In this document: one piece after another, positions 10,443 through 21,986 of the stretch
Position numbering within the stretch: position 1 is the stretch's first letter
How the letters are laid out: the number at the start of each line of letters is the position of its first letter
NCBI GenBank assembly: GCA_035063585.1
Contig: JAPSGB010000011.1
Location: forward strand, 72,665 to 136,664
Direction: 5' to 3'
DNA from: Polyangiaceae bacterium
Lineage (GTDB): Bacteria; Myxococcota_A; Polyangia; Polyangiales; Polyangiaceae
DNA: 64,000 nucleotides
Notes under the pieces: model-generated
The model's input: only the letters and a program-made list of their open reading frames with translations
Told to the model about the DNA's origin: nothing
Databases searched by the model: none
Translations under genes and position numbers: made by a program

Positions 10443-11306
10443 ATGGTGAACCGGGTCGTCGCCTCGGTCGTGGCTGCGCTCACGCTGACGGTCGCCGCGC
10501 GCGCGGGCGCTCAGGCCGCCGCGCCGAGCGGTCCGCCGGGCCTCGCGCCGGCCGGTCCCCCGGGTGGCGCGCCGCCCGAGGCGTCCGCGCCGCCGGCCGC
10601 GCCGCAGAGCCAACCCAGCCCGAGCCGTGAGCTTCCGCCGGTCGAGGGCTCGGTCGGGCTCCGCGTGCTCGGCGGCGGCAACCTGTTCTCCACGCCCGGC
10701 TCGGTCACGCCGGCGGGCTACGAGGGGCTCGGTTTCGCCGGCAATGGCGGCGGCTTCGGCTGGGGCTTCGGTGGCTACGGGGAGCTGCGCTTCGCGGGAC
10801 ACCTCGGGCTCGAGCTCGGGCTGCTCTATGACAGCTCGGAGATCCGGCGCGACGTCACCTACAACCGCGTGGTGAAGGTGCGCGAGCGATTCACCACCTC
10901 GTCGGTGCGGCTCGATCTGTTGGTGAAGGGGATCCTGCCGTTTCCGGGCGGGCGTGTCTGGGCCGGGCTCGGTCCGGAGTTCGTGCTCTCGAGCAGCGCC
11001 GACGCGAAGAACGAGATCACCGAGGGCAAACAGTACGTCGGCAACGCGTCGGACATCGAGGGGCTCATCCGGGCGGACGCGAAGCGGCCCGTGCTGCTCG
11101 CGCTCGGCCTCGGCATGGTGATTCACGCCGGGGAGCTCATCGAGATCCCGATCGACGCGCGCGCGCTCGACAACCTGAGCCAGGAGGACGCCTGGCGGGA
11201 TCGGGTGGCGCTCCAGATGAACGGACCGAACCTCGCCAGCTACACGGTCTCGGCCGAGAACACCTGGGAGTTCCGGCTCGGGATCGGCATCGGCGCTCGC
11301 TTCTGA
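10443..11306 (+). CDS. Outer-membrane beta-barrel (OmpA/PorT-like 8-strand) protein
   Basis: Signal peptide, Pro-rich linker, Gly/aromatic strands, ends FRLGIGIGARF. Confidence 0.65.
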   Translation: MVNRVVASVVAALTLTVAARAGAQAAAPSGPPGLAPAGPPGGAPPEASAPPAAPQSQPSPSRELPPVEGSVGLRVLGGGNLFSTPGSVTPAGYEGLGFAGNGGGFGWGFGGYGELRFAGHLGLELGLLYDSSEIRRDVTYNRVVKVRERFTTSSVRLDLLVKGILPFPGGRVWAGLGPEFVLSSSADAKNEITEGKQYVGNASDIEGLIRADAKRPVLLALGLGMVIHAGELIEIPIDARALDNLSQEDAWRDRVALQMNGPNLASYTVSAENTWEFRLGIGIGARF

Positions 11307-11330
11307 GCGCGCTCAAGGAAGGAATCTCTC

Positions 11331-12359
11331 ATGCGTCTCGCGCTCGTCACCGGCTACTCCGGCTCGCGTATAACGCTGGACCTGCCGCTCATCCACGAGG
11401 CCGAGCGCCTCGGCTTCGACTCGGTGTGGACGGCCGAGGCCTACGGCTCGGACGCGGTGACCCCGCTCGCCTGGATCGGCGCGCAGACCTCCACCATCCA
11501 GCTCGGCACCGGCATCATGCAGCTCCCCGGGCGCACCCCGGCGAACACCGCGATGACCGCGATGACGCTCGATCAGCTCTCGGGCGGCCGCTTCCTCCTC
11601 GGGCTCGGCACCAGCGGGCCGCAGGTGGTCGAGGGGTGGCACGGCGTGCCGTTTCGGAAGCCCCTCTCGTGGCTCCGCGAGTACATCACCATCGTTCGGA
11701 AGATCCTCGCGCGGGAGGCTCCGCTCGAGCATGACGGCGAGCACTACCAGATCCCCTACCGAGGCCCCGGCGCGACCGGGCTCGGCAAGCCGCTGAAGAG
11801 CATCCTCCACGGCCGGCGCGACATCCCCATCTACACCGGCAGCATGGCCCCGAAGAGCCAGGCGCTCTCCGCGGAGATCGCCGACGGCCTGCTCCTCACC
11901 AACATGAGCCCCGAGCGGTTCGACGTCATCGAGAAGAATCTCGCGGAGGGCTTCGCGAAGGCCGGGGGCGGCAAGAGCCTCGCGAACTTCGACGTCGCGC
12001 CAGCGGTCGCGGTGATCATCGGCGATGATCTCGACGCCTGCCGCTTGCCGCTCAAGATGACGCTCGCGCTCTACGTTGGCGGCATGGGCGCGAAGGACAA
12101 GAATTTCTATAACGACTACGTGCGCCGCATCGGCTTCGAGGAGGCCGCCGAGAAGATCCAGGAGCACTACCTCGCCGGCCGCAAGAACGAGGCCATCCAG
12201 GCGGTGCCCGACGAGCTGGTCGACCTGTTCAACCTGGTCGGGCCGGTCGAGCGGATCCGCGACCGATTCGCCGCGTGGCGCGAGTCGAAGGTCGGCACGA
12301 TGATGATCGCGACCGCGCAGCCCGAGGCGCTCCGCTTGATGGCGGAGCTCCGCGGCTGA
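11331..12359 (+). CDS. LLM-class F420-dependent oxidoreductase
   Basis: [59 protein letters not shown]; strong RBS; next to cof genes. Confidence 0.92.
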   Translation: MRLALVTGYSGSRITLDLPLIHEAERLGFDSVWTAEAYGSDAVTPLAWIGAQTSTIQLGTGIMQLPGRTPANTAMTAMTLDQLSGGRFLLGLGTSGPQVVEGWHGVPFRKPLSWLREYITIVRKILAREAPLEHDGEHYQIPYRGPGATGLGKPLKSILHGRRDIPIYTGSMAPKSQALSAEIADGLLLTNMSPERFDVIEKNLAEGFAKAGGGKSLANFDVAPAVAVIIGDDLDACRLPLKMTLALYVGGMGAKDKNFYNDYVRRIGFEEAAEKIQEHYLAGRKNEAIQAVPDELVDLFNLVGPVERIRDRFAAWRESKVGTMMIATAQPEALRLMAELRG

Positions 12360-12361
12360 GG

Positions 12362-13012
12362 CTACTTCTCGAGCCCGGTGAACCGCACCCCGGCGCCGGG
12401 GCTCTTGTATTTCTTGTTCAGGCGAATGAGGACGGGCGTCAGCGACTCGAGCGCGACCGCGTTCGCGAGCTTGCCCGCGTCGAGCCCGCGGAGGCCCAGA
12501 TCGCCGATGAGCCCGAGGACGGTGTCGAGCGCGGCTTGGTCGTTCGAGCAGGCGAGCACGTCGCAGTCGATGACGGCCTCCGCGTCGGCCAGGTGCGCGG
12601 CGCCCACGTGGTGCAGCGCCGCCACCACGCTCGCGCGGTCGCCGAGGAGCGCCTGCGCCTCGAGCGCCGCCGCGTGCCCCGGCGGCAGCGTGACCTCGCT
12701 CACGCGCGGCGGCGCGAGCGGTACCGTGATGTCGATGACGATGCGGCCGGCGAGCACGCCCGCGAGCTCGCGCAGCGTCGCGCCGTGTCCGGCGTAGGGG
12801 ACGCTGACGAGCGCGATCTCGCCCTGCTCCGCCGCCCAGGCGTTGGAGCCGCCGCGCACCTCGCGCCCCGAGAGCCCGGTGAGCTCGGCGGCGGTCGCCT
12901 CCGCCCGCGCGGCGTCGCGTGAGCCGATGAAGAGGTCGTGCCCCGCCTTCGCCCACCGGAGCGCGAGCCCGCGCCCTTCCTTGCCCGTGCCGCCGATGAC
13001 CGCGATCCGCAT
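12362..13012 (-). CDS. npdG: NADPH-dependent F420 reductase (F420H2:NADP+ oxidoreductase)
   Basis: [46 protein letters not shown]. Confidence 0.92.
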   Translation of the reverse strand: MRIAVIGGTGKEGRGLALRWAKAGHDLFIGSRDAARAEATAAELTGLSGREVRGGSNAWAAEQGEIALVSVPYAGHGATLRELAGVLAGRIVIDITVPLAPPRVSEVTLPPGHAAALEAQALLGDRASVVAALHHVGAAHLADAEAVIDCDVLACSNDQAALDTVLGLIGDLGLRGLDAGKLANAVALESLTPVLIRLNKKYKSPGAGVRFTGLEK

Positions 13013-13150
13013 GGCTCCATCTTCTTCCGTGAGCCGAGCGCTGCGGCAAGCCCTTTCATGGGGTGCCGGTCCGGCGCGGGAGCGGGCTCGCCGATGGCTG
13101 GCGCGCGGGGCGCCTGGACGGGCTCGCGCGCGCGCGATACGACTCCGCCC

Positions 13151-13956
13151 ATGCCCGGAGCACCGCGCGCTCGTGAGCGGGTCGAGCTCCGCGCTCTCCC
13201 CGGGGTCCCGGTGGTGGAGCCGGGCGCGGACCTCGCCGCGCTCGCGTGGGCGGCGCTCGAGCGCGCGGAGCTCACCGTCGCGGACGGCGACGTGCTCGCG
13301 GTCGCCTCGAAGCTCGTGTCGCGCGCCGAGGGGCGCTTCGTGGACGTCTCGACGGTCACCCCCTCCGCGCGCGCGCGCGAGCTCGGCGCGCAGACGGGCA
13401 AGGATCCGCGCGAGGTCGAGCTGGTGCTTCGTGAGTCGACGCTCGTGAGCCGCGCGCGGCCGGGCGCGCTCATCGTGCGGCACCGCGCCGGCGTCATCGG
13501 CGCGAACGCCGGCATCGACTTCAGCAACGCGCGCCCGAGCGGGGCTCCGGAGGGGAGCGGGCCCTGGGCGCTGCTCCTGCCGGAAGACGCCGACGAGAGC
13601 GCCGAGCGGCTCCGCGGCGCGCTCGCGGGGCGAAGCGGCGCGGCGCTCGGCGTGGTCGTCACCGACTCGCTCGGGCGGCCGTTCCGGCTCGGGAGCGTCG
13701 GGGTCGCGGTCGGCGTCGCCGGCCTGCCGGCCCTCTTCGACCAGCGCGGCCGCACCGATCTGTTCGGGCGCGTGCTCGAGCACACGGTGACCGCGTTCGC
13801 CGATCAGGTCGCGGCCGCCGCCGACTTGATCGCCGGCCAGGCCGACGAGGGACGGGCGATGGTGCTCGTGCGAGGGCTCGAGTTCGGGCTGGTGCGCTCG
13901 AGCGCGCGCGAGCTCTGTCGCGAGCCCGAGAGCGATCTCTACGTGGGAGGCGGGCC

Positions 13957-13960
<4 letters not shown>
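13151..13960 (+). CDS. cofE: Coenzyme F420-0:L-glutamate ligase
   Basis: [54 protein letters not shown]. Confidence 0.93.
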
Positions 13961-14870
<910 letters not shown>

Positions 14871-14874
<4 letters not shown>

Positions 14875-15491
14875 CGCTCTCGGCCGTGGTGCCCGTGAAG
14901 GGGTTCGAGCGCGCGAAATCGCGCCTCGCGCCGATGCTCGGCGAGCGAGCGCGGGCCGAGCTCGCCGGCGCGCTCTTCGAGCGGGTGCTCGCCGCGCTGC
15001 TCGCTGCGCCCGGCGTGGCTCGGGTGCTCGTCGTGAGCGACTCGGACGCGGTGCTCGAGCGCGCGGCGCAGGCGGGCGCGACCACGCGGCGCGACGCGGC
15101 GCGCGGCGGGCTCGGCCGGATCGTCGACGCGGCGCTCGCCGAGCTCGACGGCGCGCGCGCGCTCGTCGTCATGAGCGATCTGCCGCTCATCACCGTCGAG
15201 GACATCGCGCTCGTCACGAGCTCGGCGGCGCCCGTCGTGATCGCACCGGACGAGCGAGGCGAGGGGACCAACGCGCTCGCGCTCCCGCTGCCACCGCCCT
15301 TCGCGACCGCGTTCGGCGCCGCCGACAGCGCGCGGCGCCACCGCGCGCTCGCGCCCGGCGCCGCGGTCGTGCGGTCGCCGGGCCTCGCCTTCGATCTCGA
15401 CGAGCCCGCCGATCTCGCCGAGCTCGAGCGCCGCCGAGGCGCGCCGGTCGCCGGCCGCGCCGGGCCGCCTGCTCCCGTGAGGGGGCGATGA
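14871..15491 (+). CDS. cofC: 2-phospho-L-lactate/PEP guanylyltransferase
   Basis: [21 protein letters not shown]...GTNAL, FG..S...H, DLDEPADL. Confidence 0.9.
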
Positions 15492-15510
15492 CGCGCCCGG
15501 AGAGACGTCC

Positions 15511-16419
15511 GTGGATCTGAACCGCGTCGCGGTCGCCATCGAGGTGGTCGAGCGCGGGAGCTTCACCGCCGCCGCGCGGAGCCTCGGGGTGCCGAAGTCA
15601 TCGGTGAGCCGGAGCGTGTCGCAGCTCGAGGCGGAGCTCGGCGTCGCGCTCTTGCGCCGCACCACGCGCAGGCTCGCGCTCACCGAGGCCGGCGAGGCGT
15701 GGTACGAGCGCGCTCGGCGAGCGCTCGGCGAGCTCGAGGAGGCGAACGCGCTGGTCGCTCGAGGTGAACGCGCGCCGCGCGGACGCGTGCGGCTCACCGC
15801 GCCGCCCGACTACGCCGCGTCGCTCGGCCGCGCGCTGGTCGAGTTCGGCGCGCGGCACCCGGGCGTCTCGGTCGAGGTGGTGCTCACCGCCCAGCGGCTC
15901 GATCTGGTCGCCGACGGGATCGATCTCGCGCTCCGCGCCGGGCGCCTGGAGGACTCGAGTCTGGTCGTACGCAAGCTGTCGACCGCGGACTTCGGGCTCT
16001 TCGCCGCGCCCGCCTACCTCGCCGAGCGCGGGCGACCGCGCGCCCCGGACGAGCTCGCGAGCCACGCCTGCGTGCTCTTCCGCGCGAGCCACGGTCGCGC
16101 GGTCTGGCGGCTCGAGGGGCCGCGGGGTCAGGTGCGCGCCGAGGTCACCGGGCGGCTCGCGAGTGACAACATGGATTTTACACTCGAGGCGGTGGCGGCG
16201 GGCGCCGGGATCGGGCTCTTGCCGCAGGCGCGGAGCCTGGCGCTGCTCGGCGAGCGCCGCATCGAGCGCGTCCTACCGGCGTGGCACGTCGCGGGCGGGG
16301 CGCTCTCCATCGTGTATCCCGCGACGCGCTTCCTGCCCCGGCGCGCCGAGCTCCTGCGCGATTTCCTGGTGGAACGTTTCGGGACGAGCGGAGGAGGCGC
16401 GCGCCGCGCCCGGTCGTGA
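15511..16419 (+). CDS. LysR-family transcriptional regulator (CrgA-like)
   Basis: N-terminal HTH GSFTAAARSLGVPKSSVSRSVSQLE..LGVALLRRTTR; DLVADGIDLALR. Confidence 0.93.
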   Translation: MDLNRVAVAIEVVERGSFTAAARSLGVPKSSVSRSVSQLEAELGVALLRRTTRRLALTEAGEAWYERARRALGELEEANALVARGERAPRGRVRLTAPPDYAASLGRALVEFGARHPGVSVEVVLTAQRLDLVADGIDLALRAGRLEDSSLVVRKLSTADFGLFAAPAYLAERGRPRAPDELASHACVLFRASHGRAVWRLEGPRGQVRAEVTGRLASDNMDFTLEAVAAGAGIGLLPQARSLALLGERRIERVLPAWHVAGGALSIVYPATRFLPRRAELLRDFLVERFGTSGGGARRARS

Positions 16420-16484
16420 GGGCGCGGCGCCGCGGCGCAGGGCCGCTGTCGCGGGGGCGGCGCGTGGTGTATGCTCGGAGCGCG

Positions 16485-17324
16485 ATGCGCGCGGTCTTCG
16501 AAGCCCTGCTCGCCGAGCTCGACGCCGGGCGCCCCGCGGTGCTCGCGACGGTGGTCGCGACGCAGGGCTCGGCGCCGCAGGTGGTGGGCGCGCGGCTGCT
16601 CTACCGAGCGGACGGCACCATCGTCGGCACGGTGGGCGGCGGGCGCATCGAGGCGCTCGTCCTCGAGCGGGCGGCGGCCGTGCTCGGCTCCCGAGAGAGC
16701 GAGCTCGTGAAGCGCCACCTCGTGCACGAGCTCGGGATGTGCTGCGGCGGCGCGATGGAAATCCTGGTCGAGCCCATCGAGGAGCGCCCGCGGCTCGTGC
16801 TGATGGGCGCGGGGCACGTCGCGCAGGCGACCGCGCGGCTGGCGGCCGGGGTCGGCTTCGACGTCACCGTGGTCGATGCCCGAGAGGAGCTGAACGACGA
16901 GGCGCACTTCGCTGGCGCGGCGCACGTGCTCGCCGAGCCGGCGGAGGCCGTCCGGCGCGGGCTCATCGCGTTCACACCGGGCACCTACGTCGTGATCGCG
17001 ACCCACGAGCACCGCCTCGACGAAGAGGCGCTCGCGGCCTGCCTCGACGTGCCGCGCCGCTACCTCGGCATGATCGGCTCGCGTCGCAAGGTGCTTCGGA
17101 TCTTCCAGCGCATCCTCGCGCGCCGGCCGGAGGCGCCGCTCGACGAGGTGCGCGCGCCGATCGGGCTCGATTTGGGCGGCCGCACCCCCGAGGAGATCGC
17201 GCTGGCGATCGCCGGGGAGCTGGTGTCGGTGCGGCGCGGTGGCACCGCGGCGGCGCTCGCGCGCGGCGCGGCGCGCCCCGCGCGCGAGACGGACGCGCCG
17301 CGCGCGGACGACCACGTCGACTGA
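16485..17324 (+). CDS. xdhC: XdhC/CoxI-family molybdenum cofactor insertion chaperone
   Basis: GSAP, GTVGGG, GMCCGG, GAGHVA, YLGMIGSRRK, PIGLDLGGRTPEEIALAIAGEL. Confidence 0.9.
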   Translation: MRAVFEALLAELDAGRPAVLATVVATQGSAPQVVGARLLYRADGTIVGTVGGGRIEALVLERAAAVLGSRESELVKRHLVHELGMCCGGAMEILVEPIEERPRLVLMGAGHVAQATARLAAGVGFDVTVVDAREELNDEAHFAGAAHVLAEPAEAVRRGLIAFTPGTYVVIATHEHRLDEEALAACLDVPRRYLGMIGSRRKVLRIFQRILARRPEAPLDEVRAPIGLDLGGRTPEEIALAIAGELVSVRRGGTAAALARGAARPARETDAPRADDHVD

Positions 17325-17944
17325 TGGCGCGCCGAGCCGGCATTTCCCCGGAGCGGGTCGGCGGGATCGTGCTCGCGGCCGGGGCGTCGGTGCGGGCTGG
17401 GTGCTCGAAGGCGCTCGCGACGCTCGACGGCGAGCCGTTCGTGCTCCGCGTGGCGCGCGCGCTCAGCGAGGGCGGCGCGGCGGAGGTGGTGGTCGTGGTC
17501 GGGCCGCCGCGGGAGGCGGCGATCCGCGCGGCGCTCTCGGCCGCCGAGCTCGTCGGCGTGCGCGCCGCGCGCAATCCCGCGCCCGAGCGCGGGATGCGAA
17601 GCTCGATGCTGGTGGGGCTCGACGCGCTCGGGGCGGTGGACGCGGCGCTCGTCGCGCTGGTCGATCAGCCGCGGGTGCGCGCGGACACCATCGCGGCGCT
17701 CCTTGGCGCGCCCGGCGCGCCGCTCGTCCGGCCCGTCTACGCGGGCGCGCGCGGGCATCCGATCCTGGTGCGGCGGGCGCTCTTTGCGGCGCTCCGCGAC
17801 GCGCCCGACGGCGCGAGCGCGCGCGACGCGCTCGCGGGCGCGCCGGCCGTGGATCTCGACGTCGACGATCCGGGCGTGGCGGACCGGCTCGACACGCTGG
17901 AGGCGATTCGCCGGGCGGGCGGGCGGGCTCCCGGCGCCGGCTGA
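17324..17944 (+). CDS. Molybdenum cofactor nucleotidyltransferase (MocA/YgfJ-like)
   Basis: LAAGAS.R.G..K, NP....GM..S, LVDQP, GHP; translationally coupled to xdhC. Confidence 0.82.
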   Translation: MARRAGISPERVGGIVLAAGASVRAGCSKALATLDGEPFVLRVARALSEGGAAEVVVVVGPPREAAIRAALSAAELVGVRAARNPAPERGMRSSMLVGLDALGAVDAALVALVDQPRVRADTIAALLGAPGAPLVRPVYAGARGHPILVRRALFAALRDAPDGASARDALAGAPAVDLDVDDPGVADRLDTLEAIRRAGGRAPGAG

Positions 17945-17948
17945 CGCG

Positions 17949-18935
17949 CTAGCTCGTCATCGCCGCGCGGAGCGCGCGCTTCACGAACACCGGCACCATC
18001 TCGTGGCGGTACTCCGGATCGCCCGGGATGTTCGCGACCGGGCGGCACTGCTTGTGGGCCTGCGCCGCGATGCGCTCGAGGGCGTCCTCGACGGCGCCGG
18101 CGGCGCGGTCGCGGAGCGCCTCGGCGACGCCCTTCACGCGCACCGGACGCGCCTGCAGCGCGCCGACGACCACGTCGGCGTCGGCGATGCGCTCGCCGTC
18201 GAAGTCGACCCGCGCCGCGACGCCGAGGAGCGGGAAATCGATGGAGCCGCGGGCGCGCAGCTTCTCGTAGGCGCCGCGGTGCCCGGGCGCTTGCTTCGGG
18301 ATGCGGAGCGCGGTGAGCAGCTCGCCCGGCTCGAGGGTGCGGTTCGAGACGCCGTCGGGCTTGAAGAAGGCGTCGACCGCGACCGTCCGCGAGCTTCCGC
18401 GCCGGGCCAGCATCATCTCGGCCCCGAGCGTGCAGAGGGGAGGCACGGTGTCGGCGTCCTGCGCGGCCACGCAGCGGCGCCCGCTCTCGACCACGTGGCA
18501 CTTCGTGCCGTCCTTCTTGAGGCAGAAGCCGAGGCTCTCGCGCCAGAAGTGGCTCTGATTGATGAAGCGGCAGCGGGTGTCGAGCAGCACGTTGCCGCCG
18601 AGCGTGCCGGTGCGGCGGAGCTGCGGGCCGCTCACGAGCCCGGCGGCGACGGAGAGCGCGGGGGCGTGCGCGCGTACGACCTCGCTCGCCGCGACCTCCT
18701 CGAGCGGCGTCATGGCGCCGATGACGAGCGCGCCGTCCGGGTCGGCGCGGACGCCGCGCAGCTCCGCGATGCCAGCGAGCGCGACCAGCGCGCCGGGCGT
18801 CGCGACCCGATGCTTCATGTTGGGGAGGAGATCGGTGCCGCCAGCTATAGGCTGAGCTTCTGGATTCTCGAGAATAACGAGGGCTTCGCTTATGGACGAC
18901 GGGCGGTGGAGCTCGAAGCGAGGCAGGCGCAGCAT
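17949..18935 (-). CDS. hcrB: FAD/[4Fe-4S] subunit of a xanthine-oxidase-family enzyme, 4-hydroxybenzoyl-CoA reductase beta-like
   Basis: AGGTDL, TLGGN and an insert C-X15-C-X7-C-X8-C (CRFINQSHFWRESLGFCLKKDGTKCHVVESGRRC). Confidence 0.75.
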   Translation of the reverse strand: MLRLPRFELHRPSSISEALVILENPEAQPIAGGTDLLPNMKHRVATPGALVALAGIAELRGVRADPDGALVIGAMTPLEEVAASEVVRAHAPALSVAAGLVSGPQLRRTGTLGGNVLLDTRCRFINQSHFWRESLGFCLKKDGTKCHVVESGRRCVAAQDADTVPPLCTLGAEMMLARRGSSRTVAVDAFFKPDGVSNRTLEPGELLTALRIPKQAPGHRGAYEKLRARGSIDFPLLGVAARVDFDGERIADADVVVGALQARPVRVKGVAEALRDRAAGAVEDALERIAAQAHKQCRPVANIPGDPEYRHEMVPVFVKRALRAAMTS

Positions 18936-21316
18936 TATTCCTGCTCCTTCAGCGCGGCGACGCGCAGCGGCCGGGCGGCGATGAGCCGCTCGGCCTCGCG
19001 CTCGCGCTGCTCGCGGAGCGCGCGGAGCACCTTCCCCGGGGAGAACGGCAGGTGACGCAGGCGGATCCCGACGGCGTCGTAGATGGCGTTGCTCACCGCG
19101 GGGATGACGGAGTGGAGCGGCCCTTCGCCGGCCTCCTTCGCGCCGTAGGGGCCCTCGGGATCGATGCTCTCGATGATGTGCGAGTGGAGCTCGGGGGTGT
19201 CGAGGGTGGTCGGGAGCCGGTAGTCGAGCAGCGACGGGCCGAGGTGGAGCCCGCGCGCGTCGACCGCGTGCTCCTCGAGCACGATTTCCCCAGCGCCCAT
19301 GTAGGTGCAGCCCTGGATTTGGCCGTGCACGAGGTGCGGGTTGAGGGCGCGCCCGCAGTCGTGGCCGACCCACACCTTCTCGATGCGGAGCTGCCCCGTC
19401 TCGACGTCGACCGACACCTCGGCGACGTGCGCGGTGAACGAGTACGCGGGCGACGCGCCGATCGCGCCGCCGCGGTAGCCCTTGCCGAGAGGCGGCGAGT
19501 TGTAAGAGCCGGTCGAGCCGAGGGTGTCGAAGCGCTCCTCCGCGACGCGAAAGGCGTCGCGGGTGCTCATGCGGCGCTCGCCTCCGAGCTCCACCGCCTC
19601 GCCGCCGTGGAGCTCTACCTGGCCTTCCGCGACCCCCCATTTCTCGGCGACCGCGCGCACCACCGTGCGGCGGAGCTTGCGCGCGGCGTCGATGGTGGCG
19701 TTGCCGACCATGAAGGTGACGCGGCTCGAATACGAGCCGAGATCGACCGGGCAGAGATCGGTGTCGGCGGCGATCACGCGCACGTCTTCCGGGTCCATCC
19801 CGAGCTCTTCGGCGACGATCACCCGCACCACCGTGCTCGAGCCCTGGCCGATCTCGTTGCTGCCGGTGAACGCCGTGACGAGCCCCGAGCGGTCGGCCTT
19901 CAGCTGGATGCCGGCCTGCGGCATCTCGTTCGGGTAAATCGGGTAGTTGGTGCCCGAGATGTACATCGAGCCGGCGACCCCGAGCCCGCGGCCGAACGGA
20001 AGCTGGCCGCGCCGCTCGCGCCACCCGCTCGCTCGCTCCACGGCGTCGAGGCACTCGAGGAAGCCGCTCGAGGTGACGCGCTGGTCGTTCACCGTCTGCA
20101 CGTAAGCGCCCTGGTAGTTCTTTCGGCGAAGCTCGATGGGGTCCATGCCGAGCTTTGCGGCGAGCTCGTCGAGCTGCACCTCGAAGGCGAACCGCGGCTG
20201 CACCGAGCCGTGCCCGCGCTTCGGGCCGCAGGGCGGCTTGTTGGTGAAGACGCGCGTCGAGTCGAAGCGGTAGGTAGGGAAGTGATAGGGCCCGGTGAGG
20301 AGCTGGCCCGCGTAGTACGTGGTGACCAGGCCGTAGGAGCTGTACGCCCCGCCGTCGATGACGATCTTGGCGTCGACGCCGGTGAGCTTGCCGTCCTTGG
20401 TGGCGCCGGTGCGGTAGCGCATCTTCATGGGGTGGCGGCCGCGGTGCGCGTAGAACACCTCCTCGCGGCTCCAGAGCATCTTCACCGGCCTCCCGGTGAC
20501 GATGGCGAGCTTGGCCGCGCAAAACTCGAGCGAGAAGGGATCCGATTTCCCGCCGAAGGCGCCGCCCAGGGTCGGCTGGATGACCCGCACCCGCGTCTCG
20601 GCGAGCCCGAGCACCTTGGCGAGCGCGCGGTGCACGTAGTGGCTGATCTGCGTGCTCGACCACACCGTGAGCACGCCGTCGGCGCCGTAGCGCGCGACCG
20701 CGCAGTGCGGCTCCATCGCCGCGTGGGTGGTGCCGTGGAACGAGTAGTCGCCCTCGACGACCACCTCGGCGCCGTCGAGCGCGGCGTCGAGGTCGCCGAA
20801 CTCGAGGTGCACGTGCTTCGAGACGTTCCCGTGCTTGGCGTTCTCGGGGATGATCGCCTCCGAGTGCGCGAGCGCCTCCTCGGGGTCGAGGAAGGCCGGG
20901 AGCTGCTCGTAGGTGACCTGGATGAGCGCGAGCGCGTCGATGGCGGTGTCTTCATCGAGCGCCGCGACCGCGGCCACCGGCTCACCGACGTAGCGGACCT
21001 TGTCGACGGCGAGCGCCGTCTCGTCCTCCGTCCACGGCAAGATGCCGTACTTTTCCGAGAGCTCCTCGCCGGTGATGACGGCGAGGACGCCCGGGAGCGC
21101 GCGGGCGCGCGAGGCGTCGATGCCGGCGATCCGCGCGTGCGGGTGCGGGCTCCGCAGCATCTTCGAGTGGAGCATGCCGGGGAGCTGGAGGTCGTCGGTG
21201 TAGACGGCCGCGCCGGTCGCCTTGTCGATGCCGTCGACCTTGCGCTGCGCCTTGCCGACGACCGAGAAATCCTTCCCCCAGGGAGCCTCCGGCCCGTGGA
21301 GGTCGCGCGCGCCCAT
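18935..21316 (-). CDS. hcrA: Molybdopterin-binding large subunit, 4-hydroxybenzoyl-CoA reductase alpha-like
   Basis: RSPHPHARI, MEPH, GGAFGGK, RGHG, EIGQG, SSRVT, GQIQG, GPYGAKEAGE. Confidence 0.7.
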   Translation of the reverse strand: MGARDLHGPEAPWGKDFSVVGKAQRKVDGIDKATGAAVYTDDLQLPGMLHSKMLRSPHPHARIAGIDASRARALPGVLAVITGEELSEKYGILPWTEDETALAVDKVRYVGEPVAAVAALDEDTAIDALALIQVTYEQLPAFLDPEEALAHSEAIIPENAKHGNVSKHVHLEFGDLDAALDGAEVVVEGDYSFHGTTHAAMEPHCAVARYGADGVLTVWSSTQISHYVHRALAKVLGLAETRVRVIQPTLGGAFGGKSDPFSLEFCAAKLAIVTGRPVKMLWSREEVFYAHRGRHPMKMRYRTGATKDGKLTGVDAKIVIDGGAYSSYGLVTTYYAGQLLTGPYHFPTYRFDSTRVFTNKPPCGPKRGHGSVQPRFAFEVQLDELAAKLGMDPIELRRKNYQGAYVQTVNDQRVTSSGFLECLDAVERASGWRERRGQLPFGRGLGVAGSMYISGTNYPIYPNEMPQAGIQLKADRSGLVTAFTGSNEIGQGSSTVVRVIVAEELGMDPEDVRVIAADTDLCPVDLGSYSSRVTFMVGNATIDAARKLRRTVVRAVAEKWGVAEGQVELHGGEAVELGGERRMSTRDAFRVAEERFDTLGSTGSYNSPPLGKGYRGGAIGASPAYSFTAHVAEVSVDVETGQLRIEKVWVGHDCGRALNPHLVHGQIQGCTYMGAGEIVLEEHAVDARGLHLGPSLLDYRLPTTLDTPELHSHIIESIDPEGPYGAKEAGEGPLHSVIPAVSNAIYDAVGIRLRHLPFSPGKVLRALREQREREAERLIAARPLRVAALKEQE

Positions 21317-21807
21317 CAGCTCGCTCCCTTCGTGGTGCGGGCGGCGAGCTCCACCGCCTCGATGATCTGGGTGTAGCCCGTGCAGCGGCAGAGGTTCCCC
21401 GCGAGGGCTTCTCGAATCTCGCGCGGCGTGGGCGAGGGGTTCTTCGCGAGCAGCGCCTTGGTCGTGAGGATCATCGCCGATTGGCAGAACCCGCACTGGA
21501 GCGCGCCGGTCTGCTCGAAGGCCTCCTGGATCGGGTCGGCGCCGGCGCCGCCGCGCGCCCGGTGCGCCGGCATGAGCCCCTCGATGGTCGTAATCTCGTG
21601 CCCCTCGGCGAGCGCGGCGAGCGTCATGCAGCTCATCACCGGCTCGCCGTCGAGGAGCACCGTGCAGGCGCCGCAGTCGCCCTTGTCGCAGCCCTGCTTC
21701 GTGCCGGTGAGCCCGAGCTTGTAGCGGAGCACCTCGAGCAGGGTGTGGTGGTCGGGGGCGGCGACCTCGAAGGGCTCGCCGTTCACCTGCAGCTTCAGGA
21801 CTCGCAC
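21316..21807 (-). CDS. hcrC: 2x[2Fe-2S] small subunit, 4-hydroxybenzoyl-CoA reductase gamma-like
   Basis: TGTKQGCDKGDCGACTV, QCGFC, GNLCRCTGY; GTG start at 21807. Confidence 0.75.
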   Translation of the reverse strand: MRVLKLQVNGEPFEVAAPDHHTLLEVLRYKLGLTGTKQGCDKGDCGACTVLLDGEPVMSCMTLAALAEGHEITTIEGLMPAHRARGGAGADPIQEAFEQTGALQCGFCQSAMILTTKALLAKNPSPTPREIREALAGNLCRCTGYTQIIEAVELAARTTKGAS

Positions 21808-21986
21808 GCCCCGACTATCCCGCAATTCGAGCGGTCGTCCCACGGGAATGTTCCGTAGCGTCGCGACGCGGTGCGCTATCGCCCTGGCCGCTCCGCGCGC
21901 GGCCGCGCCCGTCCCGAGGGCGGTCGGCCAGGAGCCGAGGGTGCCGGTCCGGCGCGGCCGGCGGCGCGCCCCGCGGAGCGGCGCGC

